Assembly: GCA_964342815.1 (NCBI GenBank)
Contig: CAYFHS010000038.1
Span: forward strand, 1 to 43,748
Length of the DNA stretch: 43,748 bases
Direction: 5' to 3'
From: an uncultured archaeon
GTDB lineage: Archaea > Thermoplasmatota > Penumbrarchaeia > JASLWR01
Shown here: positions 11,053-19,789 of the stretch, in pieces
Numbering within the stretch: the stretch's first letter is position 1
How the letters are laid out: every line of letters begins with the position of its first letter
Translations under genes and position numbers: made by a program
The notes under the pieces: generated by a model
Database searches by the model: none
Told to the model about the DNA's origin: nothing
What the model saw: the letters and a program-made list of their open reading frames with translations, nothing else

Positions 11053-12966
11053 CTATCCTTTCCGTCTCATTATTATCAGGACCATTATGATTATCATCGA
11101 AAGGACTACTATGGAGATCACCACAATTGGAATTAACGAAATTACCGATCCGCCGGATTCACTCTTCTCCTTTACGGGAACCGCTTTCAGGGAGATATCC
11201 CTGACCACATCCTTTCCATCGACGTTTATAGTGACCGATTTATCCTCATACCCGTCCGAAGAGAATTTTATAACGTAATTACCGTTACCGAGATTTATTG
11301 AATATTTTCCATTATGATCCGTGCGGGTGGTCAATCCTTCCGACGTGAGCTCGACAAACACGTCACGTATTGAATTCCCCGTTTCCAGATCTGTGACGAC
11401 ACCGCTTATTTCATATTCCATTTCGGACGGTTCTGACTTTTCCGCAAGTTGAAAATCCAGTGTAACGTCATCCCCGGAGACCGTGACTGTTGCAGTGGAG
11501 CCAGTATAACCATTTTTTGACGCGGCAACCTCATAAAAGCCCTCCTCCACATACAGCTCGTAAACTCCATTATTATCGGTACTGGTAAAATAACCCCCGA
11601 CATCTGTTTCGACACCCGCCCCTTCAATTCCGCCGCCATCCGCATCATCAGTGACCGTTCCCCTGATGTAATATTTATCCACCAGTCCCGGCCCGGAATC
11701 CTCCTCGAGAAGATAACAAACGATACCCGAACCCCAACCGCAGCCTACAATATCATTTTGGCCGTCATTGTTAATATCTCCAACGGCGATCCCCACCGGA
11801 TCATCATACTCTATCCCCAGATCCAGCTCCTCCCAGGAATAACTGTTGGAATCGGTCATGCTGCCCGAATTGGACCAGACCTCGAGATTGGAACAGATAT
11901 CCAATTTGCCGTCACCGTTCACATCACTTACATCCAGCTGGAAATAATCGCGGGAGCTCGGAAGGCCGGAGCTGACCTCGGTCCACCAAGTGCCCCTGAT
12001 ACCAGAATTGCCGTTACCTAGGTAGGCCCTGATCCCGCCTCTGATGGTGGAAACCAGATCGAGGTGCGAATCTCCGTTAAGATCGATCAATCGATTATCG
12101 AAAGTATTCCCGGTAAGCTTTAGAACCGTGCCGGTATGGCCGTCCGTCCACTTTATGGAGCCGATACCGCCGTATAGATAAACCGTAATGCCCCGGTTGT
12201 CATAGGAACCGGCCACGATATCAAGATTACCGTCACCATCGATATCACCGAGAGTCACCCCGGTATACTCGTTTGAAGTTGGAAGACCGTCGGCCGTTTC
12301 CACCCATGAAAGGCTTTTTCCCGAATGGCTGCCTAACCAGGCATGGAGGCCGTTCACGCTTCCCCCAACCAGATCCATGTGTCCGTCGGCGTCAATATCG
12401 GCACAGTATGCGGAATCATAACTGCCGGAATCCGCAGGCGATTCCGCTTCTTCCCAAACAACGGAACCACCGGCGCCGCCGTTTCCCAGCCATATGCCGA
12501 TCCCATTGGATTCTCCCTCGGACCAATCCGATTCATAGGCTGCCACTATATCCGGATTGGAATCCCCGTCCACATCCACCACCTGGGCGCTGCCGAAATA
12601 ATTATTACCCGGAGCAGGCAGCCCCGAAGACGAATTGATAAAGGTTTTCCCCTCATCATTGAGATAAAGGTAGAGACCGCCGGGGGAACCGCCGGGATAA
12701 CCGCCCGCTCCGGCAACTATATCCAGGTAACCGTCCTTGTTAACGTCACCCAGGGTGACGTAGTTGAACTTCCCGGAGTCAGGAAGCCCGGGTAGTTCTG
12801 CAGTTGTCAGGGACGTACTGTCCCCTGTGGTGGGGTTGAAAAATACTGGAATAAATAAAAACAGCAGTACGCTGCAGGCGAAAAAGGCGATAACTTTTCT
12901 CTTATGTCTACGTAAAGCCTTACCGGGAGTTTTGTTTCCCGTCTTTCCGATCTTTTCTTTTTCCAT
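11053..12966 (-). CDS. Cell-surface FG-GAP 7-bladed beta-propeller + 2 CarboxypepD_reg-like domains + C-terminal TM anchor
   Basis: ATG 12966 after GGTGA SD. Seven GLP...(G/A/I)D(I/V/L)(N/D)xDGxxD repeats; YYIRGTVTDD..GIEGAGV and YEISGVVTDLETGNSI stalk domains; hydrophobic C-terminus ending MRRKG. Confidence 0.8.
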   Translation of the reverse strand: MEKEKIGKTGNKTPGKALRRHKRKVIAFFACSVLLFLFIPVFFNPTTGDSTSLTTAELPGLPDSGKFNYVTLGDVNKDGYLDIVAGAGGYPGGSPGGLYLYLNDEGKTFINSSSGLPAPGNNYFGSAQVVDVDGDSNPDIVAAYESDWSEGESNGIGIWLGNGGAGGSVVWEEAESPADSGSYDSAYCADIDADGHMDLVGGSVNGLHAWLGSHSGKSLSWVETADGLPTSNEYTGVTLGDIDGDGNLDIVAGSYDNRGITVYLYGGIGSIKWTDGHTGTVLKLTGNTFDNRLIDLNGDSHLDLVSTIRGGIRAYLGNGNSGIRGTWWTEVSSGLPSSRDYFQLDVSDVNGDGKLDICSNLEVWSNSGSMTDSNSYSWEELDLGIEYDDPVGIAVGDINNDGQNDIVGCGWGSGIVCYLLEEDSGPGLVDKYYIRGTVTDDADGGGIEGAGVETDVGGYFTSTDNNGVYELYVEEGFYEVAASKNGYTGSTATVTVSGDDVTLDFQLAEKSEPSEMEYEISGVVTDLETGNSIRDVFVELTSEGLTTRTDHNGKYSINLGNGNYVIKFSSDGYEDKSVTINVDGKDVVRDISLKAVPVKEKSESGGSVISLIPIVVISIVVLSMIIIMVLIIMRRKG

Positions 12967-13105
12967 GGGATCACCGTGGACTGGACAAGAGGGGAACGAA
13001 GGGATTTTATATAAATCAATTTTCCATTTTAATTCATTTTTACCGGACGAATCCATCCACGATTTCATGGGTATTTTTTATTTCCATTCCGGTTATATTA
13101 ATAAT

Positions 13106-14515
13106 TTAATTCAGCAATTCCATGGAAGCGGCATCGATCAATTCCCATGCTTCACGCACCTGCTTTTCCCCGGTGGTTCTGGAGCCGATTACCATACGCA
13201 GAACGTACTTTCCCCTGAGACTGGTATGGGTCAAGAATACCTTTCCCGTCTGATTGATCTTTGTCAATAATTCTTCATTGAGGGCATTCAGCTCGTTTTC
13301 ACTTCGCCCGTCGTTCAGGCGGAAACATACGAGGCTGAGGTTCACCGGGGCCATAAGCTCGAAGAAATCATGTTCAGCCACTCTTTTTTGGAAATATTGG
13401 GCAAGGCGAATATGCTCCCGCACCATTCTCCGGAGTCCTTCCAGTCCATAAGAACGGAGAACGAACCATAATTTCAAGGCTCTGAACCGCCGCCCGAGCT
13501 GAATCCCCCAATCCCGAAAATTCCGTACCACCGCATCCTGTCCGGTTCTCAAATACTCGGGGTTTATCTCGAAAGTACGGATCAGGGAAGCCGGATCGGC
13601 AACGAAATAGGCGGAACAGTCAAAATTGGTCAGCATCCATTTATGGGGATTAAAGACGAACGAATCGACGTACTCGACACCATCCAGTATCCATTTCTTT
13701 TCAGGCAGGATTGCGGCCGTCCCCGCAAAGGCTGCATCCACATGGAACCATATGCCGTGTTCACTGCAGATCTTGCCGATATCTGACAAGGGATCCATGG
13801 CCAGCGATGACGTGGTCCCAACGGTGGCAACAACGCAGGCCGGGTGGAAACCCAGCTCTTTGTCTTTCATTATTGCTTTTTCCAGTTCCGAGGGGATCAT
13901 AGCAAAGTTTTCGTCGGTGGGTATGTACCGAATATTATCCTTTCCGTATCCCGCTATCTTCACCCCTTTTTCAACGCTTGAATGAGCTTCTTCCGAGGCA
14001 TATACGACCAGTGGAATTTCGATCCCACGACAGTTTGAATCGAAGTCCGTGGCTTTTTCTCTTGCCGTAAGCAATGCAACCAGTGTTGCCGTTGACGCCG
14101 TATCCTGGATAACCCCCGTCATTCCCTCGGGCAGACCGAGCATGTCCCGAAGCCATTCCATGACGAGCTCTTCAAGCTCCGCTGCTGCAGGAGATGTCTT
14201 CCATACCATGCACTGGGCGCCGAGACCTGCAGTTAATAATTCCGCAAGAATGGAAGGAGGACTGTTATTGGCAGGGAAATATGCAAACCATGAAGGATGC
14301 TGCCAGTGAGTGATACCAGGGATAATATAGTCTTGAAAATCCCGGAAGATGGCTTCCATGGACTGCCCTTCCCGGGGCATCTCGGAAGATAAAGCGCTGC
14401 GAATTTCTCCCGGTTTTACCGGTGAGCAAACCGGATAGGCCTCCATCCCGCCCAGGTAGTCCGCGACCCAATCGACAAATACATGACCGAAACGTCTGAA
14501 TTCTTCAGTATCCAT
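13106..14515 (-). CDS. Aromatic-L-amino-acid decarboxylase (group II PLP, DDC type)
   Basis: MDTEEFRRFGHVFVDWVADY, PGITHWQHPSWFAYFP, SPAAAELE, HVDAAFAG, FNPHKW (PLP Lys), LGRRFRALKLWFVLRSYG. Confidence 0.9.
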   Translation of the reverse strand: MDTEEFRRFGHVFVDWVADYLGGMEAYPVCSPVKPGEIRSALSSEMPREGQSMEAIFRDFQDYIIPGITHWQHPSWFAYFPANNSPPSILAELLTAGLGAQCMVWKTSPAAAELEELVMEWLRDMLGLPEGMTGVIQDTASTATLVALLTAREKATDFDSNCRGIEIPLVVYASEEAHSSVEKGVKIAGYGKDNIRYIPTDENFAMIPSELEKAIMKDKELGFHPACVVATVGTTSSLAMDPLSDIGKICSEHGIWFHVDAAFAGTAAILPEKKWILDGVEYVDSFVFNPHKWMLTNFDCSAYFVADPASLIRTFEINPEYLRTGQDAVVRNFRDWGIQLGRRFRALKLWFVLRSYGLEGLRRMVREHIRLAQYFQKRVAEHDFFELMAPVNLSLVCFRLNDGRSENELNALNEELLTKINQTGKVFLTHTSLRGKYVLRMVIGSRTTGEKQVREAWELIDAASMELLN

Positions 14516-14640
14516 TGAGATTACCTCATTGATATTTGGTTTTATAAAAAGCGGTAAAATAGAATTTCAATCTCTATATTCACGATTCCATTGAAAAGCG
14601 CTCAATATGTTTTAAATAATGTCATGATAATAGCAAATTG

Positions 14641-15567
14641 ATGAAAATATTGATAACCGGCTCATTGGGGTACATTGGGTCAATGCTGTCCGGCTTTTTC
14701 TCTGAAAAGGGAATAGCTGTTGTGGGAGTGGACATAAAGGACAGCGGGAATTCTGAGTTGAACAATTACAAGTTTTACAAGTGCAGCATCCTGGATGAAA
14801 AGAAGCTAAGATATATTTTCAAGCGGGAAAAACCCACCCATGTGATACATCTCGCATATATTTTGAAACCAATGCACAATGGAAAAATGGAAGATGAAGT
14901 TGATCTGACCGGCTCCCGAAACATATTGAGAATATCGAATAAAACCCCATCGGTAAAGAAGTTGATCCTATTCAGTTCCGTGAGCGCTTACGGTGCCAGA
15001 AAGGAGAACCGGTTATGGATAAAAGAAGAGCAGATACTTGCCCCGGGAAAATACAGATATGCTTTGAACAAGAAAAAGACCGAAAATTACTTCAATAATT
15101 TTTCAAAAAGGAATGATCTGAAGATCGTAATCTTAAGAGTTTGTATCGTTGTCACTCCGTCATGCACCAAAAAGAATGGAGCTGTAATGACCATCATTAA
15201 ATCTCCTTTTCTTATAAAAAAGATCAAAAACTTCAGATTTCAACTCCTTCATGAAAATGATATGAATGCTCTTATGGACCGGATCGTGGAAGATGAGACC
15301 ATGGAAGGAACGTTCAACGTGGCGCCGGACAGCTACATTTCCGTTGCTGAACTTTTTCCGGAAAAACGTTATTTGCCGATACCAATTCTGTTTTTAAAAT
15401 TTATAATTGCGATCTTGTGGTCGCTGAGAATATCAAAAATCAATGTGGCGGGTCTGGAATACTGCATAAATGAAATAATCGTAGATCCCTCGAAGTTAAT
15501 AAAAAAATATGGATACAAATTCCAATACACCACACTTGAGGGATTCGAGGATACGGTCTTAAAATAG
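14641..15567 (+). CDS. NAD-dependent epimerase/dehydratase (extended SDR)
   Basis: MKILITGSLGYIG, VIHLAY, FSSVSAYGA, YALNK (YxxxK), GTFNVA; substrate unknown; AT-rich. Confidence 0.8.
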   Translation: MKILITGSLGYIGSMLSGFFSEKGIAVVGVDIKDSGNSELNNYKFYKCSILDEKKLRYIFKREKPTHVIHLAYILKPMHNGKMEDEVDLTGSRNILRISNKTPSVKKLILFSSVSAYGARKENRLWIKEEQILAPGKYRYALNKKKTENYFNNFSKRNDLKIVILRVCIVVTPSCTKKNGAVMTIIKSPFLIKKIKNFRFQLLHENDMNALMDRIVEDETMEGTFNVAPDSYISVAELFPEKRYLPIPILFLKFIIAILWSLRISKINVAGLEYCINEIIVDPSKLIKKYGYKFQYTTLEGFEDTVLK

Positions 15568-15671
15568 AATTATATCCTCGGATTACCCAAAATTGTAGCC
15601 ATATACACACAGGCCTTAAGTGACAAACCATAAGATCATCGCTGCCCCCTGGAATCTATAAGGAAAAAATT

Positions 15672-15684
15672 ATTAACTGTTAAT
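15672..15684. promoter_or_regulatory. Palindrome ATTAAC-T-GTTAAT at the TATA-like region upstream of hppA
   Basis: Perfect 6-bp inverted repeat preceded by GAAAAAATT, ~50 nt before the hppA ATG. Confidence 0.35.
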
Positions 15685-15731
15685 GTGATTTCAGCCGAAT
15701 TCTCAGGTGAAAAATAATTCCAGGTGAATCG

Positions 15732-18425
15732 ATGATAAAAATAAGTGATTCTACAAAAAAACATTCAATGAAAATATTGCTGGGTCTGATCATTTTGATA
15801 ATGATGGGCTCAATAATGGCAACTTCCGCAACCGCACAGGATGCAACCGACGATGCAAGCACCTTTGGGATCGATAAGATATTCTCCATCACTGATGAGA
15901 AAAATCCCGAAGTAGAGGTTAGCAAGGATAGTCCGATAATGCTGGTTAACATGGCAAAACCGGTTAGATTCAAGGTCAGCTTTCAACCCGACCGGGCAGC
16001 TGTTGCCGACCCGGATGTTGATATTACGGAGCCTAGCGGAAATGAAAATTACAGAATCGTATTCGAAGTTACGAACGGAGCCGATTGGAATATTACCTGC
16101 ATCATGGACGGAAACATTCAGCTTAAACACGAAGCCGTGGATTTTTATCTAACAGACAGCAGCCTAGCGAGAAGCGGTGAGGAGATCGCCGGAAAAGAGC
16201 TGATCTTCAGCCTTGCTTCCGGCGAAAAGATAGAATTCACAATCGAGGTGCAACCCCTTTCAAGCGTATCGCTGGGGGACCGGGTGGAGGTCGAAATGTC
16301 AGTATTCGATAATTCAGGTAACCTGGACTCTACTGATTCTGCGCAGTACGAGGGAGACCTTGCAGTGGAGATATCCATGAAAGATAAGCTTCCGTGGGAA
16401 ATGTATATTGGATTGGGCGCTGCCGTGATAGGCCTTTTATTCGCCTTTTACCTGAGGAATATGGTAATGAAAAAGGACAGGGGAAACGAAGAAGTGGTGA
16501 AAATATCCGATCACATCCATAAGGGCGCCATGGCCTTCCTGAACAAGGAATACCGTATACTGCTATTTTTTACATTGGGTGTAACAATAATTCTTCTCGC
16601 CGCGGCCAGATTTACAGATGAAATGAGTTATTTGACTGCTTTAACATTCGTAATAGGTGCAATCTTCTCGGCCATAGCAGGCAATATTGGAATGCGAATT
16701 GCCACCGCAGCCAATGGAAGGACTGCCACGGCGGTTCAGAAAAAAATGATTTCCGGCCTCAGGATCGCTTTTTCCAGCGGGGCCGTCATGGGACTCACCG
16801 TTGTCAGCCTCGGTTTACTTGGAATCAGCATTTTCTACATAATCTTCAATGATCCAAACATACTCTTCGGATTCGGATTCGGTGCTTCCTCAATAGCACT
16901 GTTCGCCCGTGTAGGCGGCGGAATATACACAAAGAGCGCCGACGTGGGAGCGGACCTGGTGGGAAAGGTGGAAAAGGGAATACCCGAGGACGATCCCAGA
17001 AATCCGGCTACAATCGCCGATAACGTGGGTGATAACGTGGGAGATGTGGCTGGGATGGGAGCCGATCTTTTTGAATCATACGTCGACTCAATTATTGCAG
17101 CAATGATACTCGGTCTTGTGGGAGTGATGGGAGCCAATGGTGTTTTCGATCTTGGCGGCGTGGCGGGAAAGGCGGTTCTGCTTCCCATAATTATCGCAGG
17201 TATTGGTATTATATGTTCCATAATCGGGGTTGTTATAGTCAACAGTTCATCGGAGAAAAAAGAACCACACAGCATACTGAACACCGGGATCTTCGGTGCC
17301 GCCATACTTCAGAGCATCGCTTCATTCCTTGTGATCAGGTTCTGGATGGGATCCGATTATTTCGGCATCTGGGGTGCTATGATGGCGGGACTGGTCTCTG
17401 GTGTTGTCATTGGTCTTATCACGGAATATTATACCTCTGACGAATTCAAGCCCACCCGCGGTATATCAGAAGCATCGAAAACCGGACCGGCAACAAATAT
17501 AATTGCCGGACTGTCATTAGGAATGTTCAGCACTGTGATACCGGTGGTCATGGTATGTGTAGCTCTCGTGTTCTCGTACTGGCAGGCGGGACTTTACGGT
17601 ATCGCTCTGGCAGCGGTGGGTATGCTGTCCACCCTGGGGATCACCCTTGCCACCGATTCCTACGGTCCCGTAGCGGATAACGCCGCAGGTATCGCCGAAA
17701 TGGCAAAAATGGGCAGCCAGGTTCGGGAAAGAGCGGAGAAACTCGATGCCGTGGGTAATACAACAGCGGCTATTGGCAAAGGTTTCGCCATCGGCTCAGC
17801 CGCTCTAACCGCTCTCGCATTGTTCTCCACTTACACCCAGGCCACCCACCTGTCATTCGGAAGCTTATCTCTTATGGATCCGCTGGTGATAACCGGTGTG
17901 TTCATAGGGGCTTTGCTGGTATTCCTCTTCTCGGCCCTTACCATGAATGCAGTGGGCAAGGCTGCAATGGCAATGGTGGAGGAGGTTCGAAGACAGTTCA
18001 GGGAGATCAAAGGTCTTATGAAGGGAAAAGCGGAGCCGGATTACAAAAAATGCGTGGATATCGCCACCGGTGGCGCCCTAAAACAGATGATATTCCCATC
18101 GCTTCTTGCTGTAGCAGCTCCTGTGATAGTGGGTCTGGCCCTGGGCCCGGCAGCATTGGGCGGACTTCTGGGAGGCGCTGTTGTGGTGGGTTTCCTTATG
18201 GCGATTATGATGGCCAATTCCGGCGGGGCCTGGGATAACGCAAAGAAGTACGTGGAAGCGGGAAATCTGGGAGGCAAGGGATCAAATGTGCACAAGGCCG
18301 CGGTGGTGGGTGATACCGTGGGTGATCCGTTCAAAGACACATCCGGCCCGGCACTAAATATTCTCATCAAGCTCATGAGCATAGTTTCCCTGGTATTTGC
18401 TCCGCTGTTCCTGCTTCTTCACTAA
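15732..18425 (+). CDS. hppA: K+-dependent, probably Na+-translocating membrane pyrophosphatase with a ~220-aa N-terminal extension (signal peptide + extracellular domain)
   Basis: [55 protein letters not shown] (Ala/Gly = K+-dependent signature), [28 protein letters not shown]; CAGGTGA SD before ATG 15732. Confidence 0.95.
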   Translation: MIKISDSTKKHSMKILLGLIILIMMGSIMATSATAQDATDDASTFGIDKIFSITDEKNPEVEVSKDSPIMLVNMAKPVRFKVSFQPDRAAVADPDVDITEPSGNENYRIVFEVTNGADWNITCIMDGNIQLKHEAVDFYLTDSSLARSGEEIAGKELIFSLASGEKIEFTIEVQPLSSVSLGDRVEVEMSVFDNSGNLDSTDSAQYEGDLAVEISMKDKLPWEMYIGLGAAVIGLLFAFYLRNMVMKKDRGNEEVVKISDHIHKGAMAFLNKEYRILLFFTLGVTIILLAAARFTDEMSYLTALTFVIGAIFSAIAGNIGMRIATAANGRTATAVQKKMISGLRIAFSSGAVMGLTVVSLGLLGISIFYIIFNDPNILFGFGFGASSIALFARVGGGIYTKSADVGADLVGKVEKGIPEDDPRNPATIADNVGDNVGDVAGMGADLFESYVDSIIAAMILGLVGVMGANGVFDLGGVAGKAVLLPIIIAGIGIICSIIGVVIVNSSSEKKEPHSILNTGIFGAAILQSIASFLVIRFWMGSDYFGIWGAMMAGLVSGVVIGLITEYYTSDEFKPTRGISEASKTGPATNIIAGLSLGMFSTVIPVVMVCVALVFSYWQAGLYGIALAAVGMLSTLGITLATDSYGPVADNAAGIAEMAKMGSQVRERAEKLDAVGNTTAAIGKGFAIGSAALTALALFSTYTQATHLSFGSLSLMDPLVITGVFIGALLVFLFSALTMNAVGKAAMAMVEEVRRQFREIKGLMKGKAEPDYKKCVDIATGGALKQMIFPSLLAVAAPVIVGLALGPAALGGLLGGAVVVGFLMAIMMANSGGAWDNAKKYVEAGNLGGKGSNVHKAAVVGDTVGDPFKDTSGPALNILIKLMSIVSLVFAPLFLLLH

Positions 18426-18484
18426 TATTGAGTGAGATTACCATGGGAAGACCCGCCATAGGACAGAGTCTATAGGTCGTTATT

Positions 18485-19759
18485 ATGGTAAGATTGTGTG
18501 GAGCTTGCAGCAGGGCATTCAGGATTCCGTACCGCATGATGTTATTATGGTGTAAAGAAGAAAAAATGTATGTGTGTCAGCATTGCTGGACCAAACATTG
18601 CGGCGAGGGGCATGCAAGGGGTGCAAAAAATATAGGCAAAAATCCCCTGGTTTTATTTTATATAGCAACGATTATCGCTTCTTTTGTACTGCCATTCTCC
18701 CTTTTAGGCTGTTATAATTATTACGTGAAGTATGAATGGAGCTCTCTTGAAAGTACGGATGTTGTCAACATTACTGGCGATAGGCTTTTCAGGTTGGAAG
18801 GATTCATGAACGAGAGCACCGATCGCGTGATCTTTCCCCCCGAGAAACTTTCAAATAAAAATGAAAATAATTTCATATTCAGCGATTCTACGGGTTCTGT
18901 GCAGGCCAGAACGGATCGGTACATGGAAATAGAGAAAGGTCCTCACGCTATTCGCGAAGGAGGTAACAAGGCGGAGAAAGTCTACAAGGGCGGAGATGAG
19001 GTCATAATCATCGGAAAGCTGGTGGAGGGTAAAAAGAATTTGACTTTGCAGATAATATGGATGGGTACGAACGAAGAGGACATTCCTCCCTTATATCCGT
19101 TGGCCGCGTTGAGCATAGGTAGTGTTGCACTTTATCTTCTTGTTTGTTTTTTCGTAATGATCCTTTGCATCTATCGTGGCTGGGAACACGACGGATCTAA
19201 AGTAAGCAGGATTGAGGTCCCGATTACGGATATGGATAAACCCAAACCCGACGATCTGGACTGGTATGATCTTAGGTCATTCTGGGTTAAGCAGGGTAAT
19301 AAACCAATTTTTACTTACAAGAGGGGTGGTCAGATTCTGAAGATAATATGGATCCTGGTAGTTCTGGGGTTCGCGATAATATACTTGTACGTCGATCCTT
19401 ACAGAGTAAATGACTTTATCTATTTCTCTGCTTATGGATTATTGGTTTTTCCCATACTAGTCATTTCTACCGGCGTTTATTTCAATCGGAGTATACTGAG
19501 TCCCAGCGATTTCGCAATGTCTCAAAAGGGTGTTCATATGTACTACGAGGAACCCGTCGAAAGGTTCCTGACATATGATTTCCTTGCATGGAATGATATA
19601 AAAGGGTTCTACAAATTTCGAGCTGGGAGGAGCGTGGAGTGGAAAATAATCAAGACAAACGGTGTCAAGGTGGATATTAATTTTCTAGGGGCTGAAAACA
19701 GGGATACTGTCATAGGAAAATGGAAAAAGATGACAAAAAAGAAACTTAGAAAAAAGTGA
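18485..19759 (+). CDS. Hypothetical membrane protein: N-terminal Cys/His Zn finger, TM, OB-fold-like domain, ~3 TM, PH-like C-terminus
   Basis: CGAC...C...CQHCWTKHC...H; FSDSTGSVQA...GDEVIIIGKL; hydrophobic segments; MSQKGVHM...LAWNDIKGF. Confidence 0.6.
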   Translation: MVRLCGACSRAFRIPYRMMLLWCKEEKMYVCQHCWTKHCGEGHARGAKNIGKNPLVLFYIATIIASFVLPFSLLGCYNYYVKYEWSSLESTDVVNITGDRLFRLEGFMNESTDRVIFPPEKLSNKNENNFIFSDSTGSVQARTDRYMEIEKGPHAIREGGNKAEKVYKGGDEVIIIGKLVEGKKNLTLQIIWMGTNEEDIPPLYPLAALSIGSVALYLLVCFFVMILCIYRGWEHDGSKVSRIEVPITDMDKPKPDDLDWYDLRSFWVKQGNKPIFTYKRGGQILKIIWILVVLGFAIIYLYVDPYRVNDFIYFSAYGLLVFPILVISTGVYFNRSILSPSDFAMSQKGVHMYYEEPVERFLTYDFLAWNDIKGFYKFRAGRSVEWKIIKTNGVKVDINFLGAENRDTVIGKWKKMTKKKLRKK

Positions 19760-19789
19760 ACGAAATGATAGAGGGAAAGGGCATGATTC

